Assembly (NCBI GenBank): GCA_031316235.1
Contig: JALDRA010000001.1
Coordinates: 240,001 to 272,000 of the forward strand
Source of the DNA: Candidatus Scalindua sp.
GTDB lineage: Bacteria; Planctomycetota; Brocadiia; Brocadiales; Scalinduaceae
Reading direction: 5' to 3'
DNA length: 32,000 nt
A model generated the notes under the pieces. It had not been told where the DNA came from, made no database searches, and saw only the letters and a program-made list of their open reading frames with translations. Positions 1-7,726 of the stretch are shown here, in pieces. Position 1 is the stretch's first letter. Every line of letters starts with the position of its first letter. A program made the position numbers and the translations under genes.

Positions 1-374
1 AAACCGCCGGTGACCATGGCGACCAGCCCGGAAAGGCCGATGATACGTCCGGCTCGCTCGGGATCGCTTCGGAAAAACTCAGCGACGTGTTTGGTGGCGG
101 TCAGACCAAGGCCGAACCCGGCGAAGACCCCGAACATGCCGACCGTGGACTGGATCATTCCCAGTTCGCCATAGCCCGTCTTGCCCAGCATTCGGGCCAC
201 GAGGACCGATGCGGCAAGCATCAGGCCGCGCGAGATTACCGCCCCGGCCATCGACCAGAACACGCCACGGGCCAAGCGCGACCCTACATCGGAAGCTTTG
301 ATCCTGTTGAGAAAAGGATGAACCACCGAAGGGCAGCAGGTGAATATGGCCTTCTTGACGCCCATATTCACCAT
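1..374 (-). CDS. Polysaccharide/O-antigen flippase (Wzx-type, MOP/PST family), N-terminal part; gene continues past the left edge
   Basis: Absent from the ORF track because it is truncated. My own minus-strand translation from ATG (374..372) gives MVNMGVKKAIF...SRLARGVFWSMAGAVISRGLMLAASVLVARMLGKTGYGELGMIQSTVGMFGVFAGFGLGLTATKHVAEFFRSDPERAGRIIGLSGLVAMVTGG. This matches the N-terminal helix pair typical of PST flippases. The listed + ORF 87..380 is its antisense shadow. The start is uncertain (ATG at 365 is also possible). Confidence 0.6.
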   Translation of the reverse strand, partial: MVNMGVKKAIFTCCPSVVHPFLNRIKASDVGSRLARGVFWSMAGAVISRGLMLAASVLVARMLGKTGYGELGMIQSTVGMFGVFAGFGLGLTATKHVAEFFRSDPERAGRIIGLSGLVAMVTGG

Positions 375-537
375 GAATGACTGTCCCTGATAAAGTGTAA
401 TGGGGTCAAACCTTCATTATTCAATTATTATTCCCTTCACTTTCTGACTATTTGTTTTTGCCACGAAGATGCTAAGACACAAAAGTTTCCTTACCACAGA
501 GACAGACAAAAAACAAATTCCAAATGACAATATTACA

Positions 538-749
538 GTGACTAAAGTTTTAAGTGAACTAAAGTAACTAAAGTTAATGGTCTACTTTGCTCCAATAGTT
601 ACAACCTCTAGGGTCAACCTCTAGGGTCAGACCTTGAAAGCAGAATAAGGTATTTGTCATTGGTCATGGCTCATAGTTGATACTCGATTCTGGATACTAA
701 AGAAAACATGTCGATTCGAGGGTATTCGATAATTTGTTGATTCGAATTT
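538..749. repeat. Block of short degenerate 'word' repeats (ctaaagt words, a 13-bp x2 tandem, and ttaattcg-type 8-mers), left flank of VapBC-like module
   Basis: 538-580 reads gtgactaaagttttaagtgaactaaagtaactaaagttaatgg. 602-627 is caacctctagggt x2, perfect. 679-749 holds gattcg/taattcg words. The 22-mer ctggatactaaagaaaacatgt (690-711) recurs identically at 1764-1785. Confidence 0.85.
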
Positions 750-951
750 AAATTTCTCTTGCCATAAAGAGGCGCGCCCAGTTACATATATCAAGCATTT
801 CACGGAATAGGCTTAAGTGCAAAGCTCAAATCTACTCTAATCTATCAATTACAACAGTCTCAATTATATCAAGCACATCGGTAAGTTTAACTGGTTTATT
901 TCCCTTCACACCCCCCTTTACAGGTCATCAGAAAAAAATATTTCAATGGCG

Positions 952-1338
952 TTAATCAAAAGGATTTGTAAATTCAAGTACTTCTATCGCTTTAAAATCA
1001 TTTACATTTCTTGTTTTCAGATTCAAATTATTGAGAACTGCTGTAGCTGCTATAATCGCATCTGCAAGCTTTATGTTTGTCCTTCTTTTTAATTCAATAG
1101 CTTTGTTGGCAATACCTTCATCTACAAGATAAGTATTTGCATATTCAAGCAGTCGTTTGCATTTTTCAATGCCATCAGGTGTGTGCTTATCCCATCCAAG
1201 AAATTCTATCTTTGTAATTACAGAAATATTAAAGGCTTTTTGAGAAATAATGCTGTCCATAAAAATTATACTCTTCTCTGATCCTTTGGTATGGTATATT
1301 AAAATATTCGTATCTATCAGATACTCAGTTGCAGGCAT
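952..1338 (-). CDS. vapC: PIN-domain toxin (VapC family)
   Basis: 128 aa. The N-terminus YLIDTNILIYH carries the first PIN acidic residue. Size is typical, and there is a 14-nt overlap with a small upstream ORF in TA architecture. Confidence 0.85.
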   Translation of the reverse strand: MPATEYLIDTNILIYHTKGSEKSIIFMDSIISQKAFNISVITKIEFLGWDKHTPDGIEKCKRLLEYANTYLVDEGIANKAIELKRRTNIKLADAIIAATAVLNNLNLKTRNVNDFKAIEVLEFTNPFD

Positions 1339-1567
1339 CTCGTTCCCAACTTTCTCTTAATTTTTTCGACTCCGCTTCAACATCTATATCTTTATATATT
1401 CCAGAAGTTTCTCTAACCATCTTTGTCACTTCTGCTTTTGAATAATATTGTTCTTCATTATCACAATCATAGATAAGATGAACCTTTATCATTCCGGCAG
1501 GCAGCGTATTATTAACATACTTTATCTGCCCGTTTTCTATTATTGCTTCAACAATTTTATGTCCCAT
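1325..1567 (-). CDS. Small antitoxin candidate (AF2212/DUF104-like) paired with VapC
   Basis: 80 aa and overlaps the vapC start. The N-terminus IVEAIIENGQIKYVNNTLPAGMIKVHLIY resembles the short beta-rich DUF104 antitoxins. SD GGAAAGGAGAG lies upstream of the ATG. A perfect TATAAT on the minus strand at 1647..1642 may act as a -10. Confidence 0.55.
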   Translation of the reverse strand: MGHKIVEAIIENGQIKYVNNTLPAGMIKVHLIYDCDNEEQYYSKAEVTKMVRETSGIYKDIDVEAESKKLRESWERDACN

Positions 1568-1621
1568 AGAATTCTCTCCTTTCCAGAAAGGGATCCGTTC
1601 TTGAGTAAAGCAAGCGCCTAA

Positions 1622-1810
1622 AGGTCAGACCTTGATTAGTGATTATATTAAGTGTGCTAAAGTGTAAAGTGAACTAAAGTACCTAAAGTTGATACTGGTT
1701 ACTTGATGCTGATTAAAGACCGTTAATTCGTTAATTAGTTGATTCGATAATTCGTGAAGCACGCTGGATACTAAAGAAAACATGTTGATTCGATGATTCG
1801 TGAAGCAAGC
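1622..1810. repeat. Second copy of the 'word' repeat block, right flank of VapBC-like module
   Basis: aggtcagaccttga (compare 628-640), ctaaagt words at 1651-1698, then four tandem degenerate 8-mers ttaattcg|ttaattag|ttgattcg|ataattcg. The 26-mer gatgctgattaaagaccgttaattcg (1705-1730) is identical to 3431-3456. Listed ORF 1643..1825 reads through these repeats and is probably spurious. Confidence 0.85.
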
Positions 1811-1825
1811 TTTCAAGTAACACAC

Positions 1826-1903
1826 TTAATCTTTTTCTTTCTGCTTTTTTGACGCCAAATACCGGATATAACCATTAAGAAGAAAAAATGACTTTTCAAT
1901 TTC
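1826..1903 (-). pseudogene. Orphan C-terminal tail of a four-helix-bundle (23S rRNA IVS-type) protein gene
   Basis: The minus strand translates to EIEKSFFLLNGYIRYLASKKQKEKD*, with stop codons immediately upstream. The 40-nt core (1841-1880) is identical to 3290-3329. Confidence 0.35.
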
Positions 1904-2012
1904 TTAAAAATGTTTAACCACGAAATAGGCGAAATACACTAAAGAAATTAAAAATACAAACAAATCTCTCAATATAGATTAGAAAAACCAATAAGAAATA
2001 GTGTTAATTTGT

Positions 2013-2178
2013 TATACTCATCTCATAATGGTTTACGGATAAAATCCGAGATAAAATTGAGCGACTAAAGTCCTCGGCGCCTTTTGTCCGGGGATAACTG
2101 CCCACCTGAACGACATGTCGGGCAGGCAACCAAGATTTGGTTTCCAGTAAAACCGGAAGCTAAATCGGTTTTAGTATA
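2013..2178. repeat. Modular intergenic repeat, copy 1 (long form), MITE-like or structured-RNA-like
   Basis: Starts tatactcatctcataatggtttacggataaaatccgagataaaattgagcga and ends aaatcggttttagtata. It shares these blocks with 12599-12710, 19278-19409 and 21721-21804, and carries a GC-rich internal insert (agtcctcggcg...gggcaggcaacc). Confidence 0.8.
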
Positions 2179-2207
2179 TACCTTCATAATTTCTCAGTAG
2201 CGTCGGG

Positions 2208-2355
2208 CCGGTTAGGTTTTTGCGTGTTTAATTTATTGCCCCAAAGCTGTCATTCCCGCATGTTTTTAGCGGGAATCTACGATGAAACGAGTCTCTGGAT
2301 ACCCGATAAAGGCGTTCGGGCATGACAAAAGCCGCCTTCGCAAAAACCTAACCGG
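2208..2355. repeat. Nested palindromic element (perfect 17-bp terminal inverted repeat enclosing two hairpins)
   Basis: ccggttaggtttttgcg (2208-2224) is the exact reverse complement of cgcaaaaacctaaccgg (2339-2355). The inner hairpin is attcccgc/gcgggaat (2252-2259 / 2269-2276). tgtcat (2248-2253) pairs with atgaca (2322-2327). Confidence 0.8.
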
Positions 2356-2412
2356 ACAATGATGATAATTTCTAAAGTTAATGTTTTTTCTAAGAATATT
2401 TATTCTTACGCA

Positions 2413-2440
2413 TTGACACGCACCAAATATGGTGTATTAT
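2413..2440 (+). promoter_or_regulatory. Sigma-70-type promoter with operator-like palindrome for the CopG/MazF module
   Basis: TTGACA (2413-2418), 16-nt spacer, TATTAT (2435-2440). The spacer contains the palindrome CACCA-aata-TGGTG (2421-2434). SD GGAGGTG lies 6 nt before ATG 2476. Confidence 0.55.
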
Positions 2441-2475
2441 AAATACATAATATAATCTATTTATGGAGGTGAATA

Positions 2476-2718
2476 ATGGATACGGTTCGTTTAAATGTTA
2501 CCCTTCCAAAAGAGCTGGTCCGACAGCTAGATAAGTTAGTTGGATCTAGAAAAAAGAGCCATTTTATCGCTGAGGCTTTAAAACAAAAGATTAAGAAAAT
2601 CCAGAATGAAGAACTTCAAAAACTTTTAAAAGAAGGCTATAAAGCTACCAAACAGGAGAGTCTTGGTATAGCAAAAGAGTTTGAACCCAATGACCTGGAA
2701 GGGTGGGATGAATATTAA
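2476..2718 (+). CDS. Ribbon-helix-helix (CopG/MazE-type) antitoxin
   Basis: 80 aa. The N-terminus VRLNVTLPKELVRQLDKLVGSRKKSHFIAEALKQ is a classic RHH beta-strand plus helix pattern. It overlaps the toxin start. Confidence 0.8.
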   Translation: MDTVRLNVTLPKELVRQLDKLVGSRKKSHFIAEALKQKIKKIQNEELQKLLKEGYKATKQESLGIAKEFEPNDLEGWDEY

Positions 2719-3052
2719 AAGGGGAGAAATATATCTTGCCATCCTCGATCCAGTTGTGGGAAAAGAGATTTCAAAGACCCGTCCAGTTGTCATTATTTCT
2801 AATGATAAAAACAACGAATTTTCAGGAACTGTTACTATTTTGCCTATCACCTCCAAAAATCTTCAAAAGACTTACCCCTTTGAGGTATTTTTGCCAGAAA
2901 GATCCGGAAATCTTCCCAAAAATTCTAAGGTTAAAGCCGACCAAATCCGTACACTTGATAAAGGTCGCATCGTTACCTTTTTAGGAAAACTTGAAAAGGA
3001 AAAAATGGATCAAATTGAAAAGGCCATAAAGATACATCTTGCATTGTCCTAA
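2708..3052 (+). CDS. mazF: MazF/PemK-family endoribonuclease toxin
   Basis: IKRGEIYLAILDPVVGKEISKTRPVVIISND...ILPITSK...KVKADQIRTLDKGRI is the MazF/PemK signature. I prefer ATG 2708 (MNIKRGE) over the track start 2681. It overlaps the antitoxin stop by 11 nt. Confidence 0.85.
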   Translation: MNIKRGEIYLAILDPVVGKEISKTRPVVIISNDKNNEFSGTVTILPITSKNLQKTYPFEVFLPERSGNLPKNSKVKADQIRTLDKGRIVTFLGKLEKEKMDQIEKAIKIHLALS

Positions 3053-3289
3053 CCCCACCAAAGATAAATGGCTATTGACTAATGTATACTGTCGACTGAT
3101 TACAACTATTCGTGGCTAAATTTTTTAAGTAATCTAAAAAGTGCAGGGCTTCACAAACATCTTATTTCTCTGCGCTGCACGCTAAATTCTTTGGCAAAGG
3201 GAAGTTTTTGTGTTTCCACCTTTATATCTCCTACAAAAGCCAGAAATCTCGGCAAACCATAGCCTGTCCTGTCCTATAATTTTTTTATT

Positions 3290-3329
3290 CTGCTTTTTTG
3301 ACGCCAAATACCGGATATAACCATTAAGA
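3290..3329. repeat. 40-nt exact duplicate of 1841-1880 (second orphan four-helix-bundle gene tail)
   Basis: ctgcttttttgacgccaaataccggatataaccattaaga is identical at both sites. On the minus strand it encodes LNGYIRYLASKKQ. Confidence 0.9.
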
Positions 3330-3426
3330 CTATTTCCCGAATTGTTTAAGCAAATCAATGACTCATACCCCTCTACCCAAATTAACGAATCAACTATCTT
3401 CGAGTGTTTTCTTGAGAGATCTCATA

Positions 3427-3486
3427 GCTGGATGCTGATTAAAGACCGTTAATTCGCTAATTTGTTAATTCGATAATTCGTTATCA
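3427..3486. repeat. Third copy of the ttaattcg-type 8-mer word array
   Basis: gctggatgctgattaaagaccgttaattcg|ctaatttg|ttaattcg|ataattcg|ttatc. It shares an identical 26-mer with 1705-1730. More ctaaagt words lie at 3681-3719, and inverted at 4048-4072. Confidence 0.85.
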
Positions 3487-3756
3487 AGTGACAGTGTTAA
3501 CAAATCAAGCTTTTTAACTATCTCTGCAGAAAAGACTCCTTGAAGAAAATCTACTACATTTTCTCGTATTAAAAAAGTTTCTTCGAAGAATTTATCATGC
3601 GGATTGTAGATTCCCATCATTTCGGAGATTAAATCTTAGCTCCCCAGTTAAATTAGGTACATGCTTCACTGGGCAAGCAAAGCTCAAAGGGTAAAGTGAG
3701 CTAAAGTATATTAAAGTCCTATGGCGGAGAGCGCAAAAAGCATGGCGTAAAGCGTA

Positions 3757-3930
3757 GAACGTCGTGTATTTTAAGATTTTTTGAAAATTAGTAACCTGAC
3801 GGCTTAAATAATCTAGTTTGTTTAAAAGTTTCTCTAAGGATTCTTTGTTTATTAGATCTCTCATTTCTAATAAAATTAATATGTTGGCGTTCTCCCTGAT
3901 GGAATATATAGATCCCACAGGGCATGGCAC
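3757..3930 (-). pseudogene. Truncated four-helix-bundle (23S rRNA intervening-sequence-type) protein gene
   Basis: ORF 3595..3930 contains IRENANILILLEMRDLINKESLEKLLNKLDYLSRQVTNFQKIL, which resembles the last helices of this family. The N-terminal half is missing, and the 3' part of the ORF runs into word repeats. Confidence 0.4.
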
Positions 3931-4072
3931 AATGATTTCAGGATTCCTCTAAGTAATTTTTTATTCTGCTTTTGATATATCTTTTTCCCCAGGTAGTCTT
4001 AAGGTACTTCTCCCTTTTCATAGCATCATTGCCAAGCGCTCTGCATTACACTTTAGTTCATTTTAGTCACTT

Positions 4073-4093
4073 AAAAAAATTTGGTGCAGACCA
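4073..4093 (-). terminator. Weak intrinsic terminator candidate after the Wzc-like gene
   Basis: The minus strand reads TGGT-ctgc-ACCA followed by AATTTTTTT directly after the stop codon. The stem is only 4 bp. Confidence 0.3.
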
Positions 4094-6700
4094 TTATTTA
4101 TAATAATATCCCTGTCCTTTCTTTGTCTGGTTCAGGACTGCTCCTATTATCTTGGTTTGAGACTCTTTTATGCAACTTACTGCTTCATTGATACCCTTGA
4201 TAGATACTTGCCCTGGTTTTATCACAAAGATAACTCCATCTACCAATGAAAGTAAGGGTTTAAAACTACCCATCGTCTCAAGTATGGGCGGGGCATCAAC
4301 AAGCACTACGTTAAAGTGTTGCTTCAGTATGTCCAAAAACTTTCCAAGGAGTGCGAAATATGATAGACCATCAGGTTTTACACCCACGGTGCCTGCCGGC
4401 AAGAGTGATAGATTTGGTTCATCCAGGGATTGTATGTTTGAGAGTACCTCTCTTTCCAGCAAGCGGCTCCCCCCCATTCGCCCCAAACGACTGATGATTG
4501 GTGCATAATCTTCCTCAAAATGTATTCTCTCATCTTTGAAGGACTCAATGCTGCCTGGTTCATATGTAAAGGTGCCCTGTTTCCAACTAAAAAGTTTCTG
4601 AAGGAGTTCCTCCATCTGCAGTTTAAGCGGACCCTGTAATTGTCCCTGATTAATGTATCCGGCATTGAGAAGGATATATCCTAGAGGCTGACCCGTGCGC
4701 TGGTTTCGATCAAGGGAATCCTTTAACTGATTCTCGGTAATGAAATTCCCATTAAGGAGCATGGTTCCTAATCGATTACGATAAGGGACATCACGGCTCT
4801 GCAATTGAAAGAGACCTCCTTTATCAAAGACAGCCGTCATTCCTTGAGTATCATTTGTGATCGTAAGCTTACCACTCTCTTTTTTTAAAGCAATGACGGA
4901 AAATAGATCATTCACACTGTATTCATCCAGTGTCCCCTGTTCTATTTTCTGGGATAGAACCTGAGTCATAGCCGGAATAAGACCTTTTTCCCCTACACCA
5001 TTTACACTGAACATGTTATGAAGGGATGGCCGCAGTACATCAGCATCTACCATGACCACACGCAGGCCTCCCCTCGCCAGGTTAAGGGCTGATCTTGCAA
5101 GCACTGTGCTCTTACCCTCCCCGGAGGTTGAACTCTCTATCAGAAGCACATGCCCGGACATCCCGGAATGCATCAATGGGAAGCTGGGAACAAGATTGGA
5201 TGAGAAATCATATTCATAATAACCTTGTGCACGTTTCTTCTTTTCATTATGAGGCTCGTCTTCTGGCAATGCAAGTATCTTGCCCCTTTTCAGAGATTCA
5301 TCATAGGGTATCATCCCCAGTACCGCCATCCCCAGAAGCCTCCTCACATCATCCGGGGTTCTCACAGAGTTGTCCACATACTCAAAGAGAAAGGCCAGTC
5401 CCAATGCCGTAAAGGCGCCAACCACAATACCGAGTGCAACATTTACCTTCTTTCGTGGTTTAACCGGACGATTCGGAATAATCGCCTCATCTATCACACT
5501 TATGCTGGCGATCTTTTGGCGATCCATTTCATCTGAAATACGGGCCTCCTCTAATTTTCCTATATAGATTTTGTAGTTATTCTCATTAATTATTTGCTCT
5601 CGTTCCAGATCTCTGAGTCCATCTTCCCAAAGGTCAAGTGTTTGAATCTCCTTATCTAACGCCTTCAATTGCTCTTTGAATTCAGTACTTATAGCCTCCT
5701 GGGATTGGAGCAATGCCATGGCCTTAAGCGCTTCCTGTTCTTTTAAAAAATCTTTTACAAACAGGATTTCTTTTCGTACGTCAGTAACCATGCGGGAATG
5801 GTCTTTATACTGTCTTGTCAGTTCTTTTTCCCTTTGCTGAAGGCCAAACAACCTGACCCTGGCGTTGTCGATTATGTCAGATCCATCTGTTTCAGTATAA
5901 AGCGGCACATCCTCTGCATTGATTTGTGTCTTTATATTCATGGAAGTGAGTTTTTGTCGTAATTCGCCAATCCGATTTTCAGCCATCTTTAATGAGGTGT
6001 CGAATTCAATCCGCTGCCCTAGGAGAAAATTTCTCTGCTCATCAAGAGAGGAAATCTTGTATTCTTGTTTAAAGGCCTCTAATCTGCCTTCCGATTCTTT
6101 CAATATCCTTCTATAGTTCTCCAGTTTTTCCTCCAAAAAAGGAGTTGACTTTGGGTTACTAAAGGTTTGAAGATGTTTCTCTTTGAAAAGCTCAACCAAT
6201 AGATTAACAGATCTGGCTGCAATTTGCGGGTCATAATGTCGGAAGGAAACCTTAATAATACCGGAACCTTTTACAATTTCGGCTGATAAATCACGCTGAA
6301 ATCTTAATACGGCTGATTCCAGAGGGTCCACATCTGCGGGATCAGTATTTATACTATCTGGATAAATAGTTTCTAGTCCTAGCGTAGTTACAGCTTTTTC
6401 AGCAAGGTCCCGGCTGGTAATAATTTCGATCTCTGAATTAAGCATTTCTGTGCGATCAGAAGTGATTATTGGAAGATTGTCATTGCCTACTTCAGGCTTA
6501 TATATATTCTCCCTTCCCGATTTGATAATCAACCTTGTCTCGGCTTCATATATGGGGGTTTGTAGAAAAGTGTAGAGTGCAACCGTAGTTACTACGCTGA
6601 GGAAAATAACAAGGATCTTGTACTTATGCTTGAATATAACTATCAGAAAATCCATGAGAGTAAAATCATGTTCGATAGTAACCGTTTTATCTGTTTCCAT
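4094..6700 (-). CDS. Polysaccharide co-polymerase / BY-type tyrosine kinase (Wzc/GumC-like) with a ~160-aa domain insertion in the kinase domain
   Basis: 868 aa.
- N-terminal Wzz-type TM segment, long coiled-coil periplasmic region, second TM (VNVALGIVVGAFTALGLAFLF).
- Walker A SGEGKST, Walker A' VVMVDADVLRPSLH, Walker B VVLVDAPP.
- C-terminal Tyr cluster GYYYK.
- A' and B are about 245 aa apart (usually about 100) because of an insertion at aa ~586-745.
- SD AGGTGA lies upstream of the ATG. Confidence 0.85.
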   Translation of the reverse strand: METDKTVTIEHDFTLMDFLIVIFKHKYKILVIFLSVVTTVALYTFLQTPIYEAETRLIIKSGRENIYKPEVGNDNLPIITSDRTEMLNSEIEIITSRDLAEKAVTTLGLETIYPDSINTDPADVDPLESAVLRFQRDLSAEIVKGSGIIKVSFRHYDPQIAARSVNLLVELFKEKHLQTFSNPKSTPFLEEKLENYRRILKESEGRLEAFKQEYKISSLDEQRNFLLGQRIEFDTSLKMAENRIGELRQKLTSMNIKTQINAEDVPLYTETDGSDIIDNARVRLFGLQQREKELTRQYKDHSRMVTDVRKEILFVKDFLKEQEALKAMALLQSQEAISTEFKEQLKALDKEIQTLDLWEDGLRDLEREQIINENNYKIYIGKLEEARISDEMDRQKIASISVIDEAIIPNRPVKPRKKVNVALGIVVGAFTALGLAFLFEYVDNSVRTPDDVRRLLGMAVLGMIPYDESLKRGKILALPEDEPHNEKKKRAQGYYEYDFSSNLVPSFPLMHSGMSGHVLLIESSTSGEGKSTVLARSALNLARGGLRVVMVDADVLRPSLHNMFSVNGVGEKGLIPAMTQVLSQKIEQGTLDEYSVNDLFSVIALKKESGKLTITNDTQGMTAVFDKGGLFQLQSRDVPYRNRLGTMLLNGNFITENQLKDSLDRNQRTGQPLGYILLNAGYINQGQLQGPLKLQMEELLQKLFSWKQGTFTYEPGSIESFKDERIHFEEDYAPIISRLGRMGGSRLLEREVLSNIQSLDEPNLSLLPAGTVGVKPDGLSYFALLGKFLDILKQHFNVVLVDAPPILETMGSFKPLLSLVDGVIFVIKPGQVSIKGINEAVSCIKESQTKIIGAVLNQTKKGQGYYYK

Positions 6701-6722
6701 ATTTAATTCACCTGTACTATAA

Positions 6723-7373
6723 TTAAAAATATGCCTCTTTCACATAGACAATATCATTAGGCACAAGATTAATGTCCTGAGTCAAGTCAGTACCATTTAT
6801 AACTTCTTTTATATTCACCGGGATGATTTGCCTTGTATTATCAACATTGCGGCGTATGACTATTACTTTGCTGTGTCTAGCTGCATCTTTAAAACCTCCT
6901 GCCTGTAAGATAGACTGCAATACCGTCATGGGGCCTTCCAAATTGATCATTTGTGGCTCCTCCACTTCGCCACCCACATAAACTTTTTGTTTGGAGCGAA
7001 GAACTATTACTGTAATATCAGGTTTTTCGAGTATTTGTGAATATTTTTCCTTTAGCAGGTTTGTAAATTCTTTTACCGTCATACCGGCGGCCATGACTCC
7101 CTGTACCAATTGCAGAGAAACACGACCATCAGGCAGAACTATTATCCCTTCTCCATTTATCCCTTCTTCATTTAAATTGGGGTTATAGAAAAATTTAATG
7201 CTTAGTTGATCTCCTGGTTGGAGTAAGTATTCATCATAATTCTGGTTGTTCTGTGTCTGATCTTCTGCGGAAGAAACGTTAGTGGCTTTTTCACCTACAG
7301 CTTCAAACAATGCTTGTAAAAGCATAATAGTAATGACCACAAAAACTAGAACTGTTTTTTTCAGCATTCGCAT
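6723..7373 (-). CDS. Polysaccharide export protein (Wza-like, Poly_export + SLBB)
   Basis: Motifs include LQPGDQLSIKFF...VLPDGRVSLQLVQGVMAAGMTVKEFTNLLKEKY...ITVIV...KVYVGGEV..P....EGPMTVLQSILQAGG. Track start 7454 is a TTG. I prefer ATG 7373 (MRMLKKTVLVFVVITIMLLQALF), which gives a signal peptide. Confidence 0.85.
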   Translation of the reverse strand: MRMLKKTVLVFVVITIMLLQALFEAVGEKATNVSSAEDQTQNNQNYDEYLLQPGDQLSIKFFYNPNLNEEGINGEGIIVLPDGRVSLQLVQGVMAAGMTVKEFTNLLKEKYSQILEKPDITVIVLRSKQKVYVGGEVEEPQMINLEGPMTVLQSILQAGGFKDAARHSKVIVIRRNVDNTRQIIPVNIKEVINGTDLTQDINLVPNDIVYVKEAYF

Positions 7374-7520
7374 AAATAGTTTTGTAAGTTTGAAGCCTGC
7401 CTGTAAGTAATCATTTGTTTGCTTGCCAGGCACGCAGACGGCTTGAATTCCCAACTATATTTAGTCATTTTGTGTAAAAACTTTGCCTTATATAGTGCAG
7501 ACACAGCTCCGCCCTCTCAG

Positions 7521-7679
7521 TTACAGAATACGTTTTGTTTGAAACGTATATGAACTTCCTCTTAAAACAAACTTTTCTATAGCTACACCTTGCACAATCA
7601 GGGAAATATCACCTTCATCTCCCCACATACATCCTTGTACGTTCAAAGACACGTCTATTTTGTGCCTCAAATCACCCAT
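7521..7679 (-). CDS. Unlisted 52-aa ORF between the transferase and wza-like genes (hypothetical)
   Basis: My own translation is MGDLRHKIDVSLNVQGCMWGDEGDISLIVQGVAIEKFVLRGSSYTFQTKRIL*. AAGGGAAG lies 4 nt before the ATG. It is below the track length cut-off and I recognise no family. Confidence 0.2.
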   Translation of the reverse strand: MGDLRHKIDVSLNVQGCMWGDEGDISLIVQGVAIEKFVLRGSSYTFQTKRIL

Positions 7680-7726
7680 GGCTTCCCTTGTCCATAAGGA
7701 TTCAATAACAGAACAAATCTGCTAAC

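Noticed and set aside
87-380. Listed + strand ORF (97 aa, Arg/His/Gly/Pro-rich)
   Set aside because: It lies exactly antisense to a much more convincing flippase reading frame. Its composition is the typical shadow of a GC-rich gene.
1643-1825. Short ORFs translated through repeat DNA (1643..1825, 10559..10750, 10713..10898, 20613..20804, 14333..14578, 26325..26549, 28084..28269)
   Set aside because: They consist largely of word-repeat or AT-rich intergenic sequence. They lack ribosome-binding sites and any family resemblance.
538-3720. CRISPR array (recurring short repeats)
   Set aside because: The repeat units are 8-13 bp, degenerate and contiguous. There are no 25-40 bp unique spacers of regular length, and no cas genes.
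380-4093. Integron-type gene-cassette array (TA cassettes separated by repeats)
   Set aside because: The flanking repeats are direct word arrays without the imperfect inverted R''-L''/L'-R' symmetry (RYYYAAC...GTTRRRY) of attC sites. No intI-like integrase is present in the window.
4170-6116. Antisense or alternative-frame ORFs inside the wzc-like gene (4170..4508, 4378..4665, 5095..5567, 5919..6116). Similar ORFs lie inside fhs (24865..25275, 25460..26053), the lipoprotein/DUF350 genes (26676..27215, 27484..27876) and wzc-2 (30182..31698).
   Set aside because: All are fully embedded in strongly supported genes. They have low-complexity or unusual composition and no recognisable motifs.
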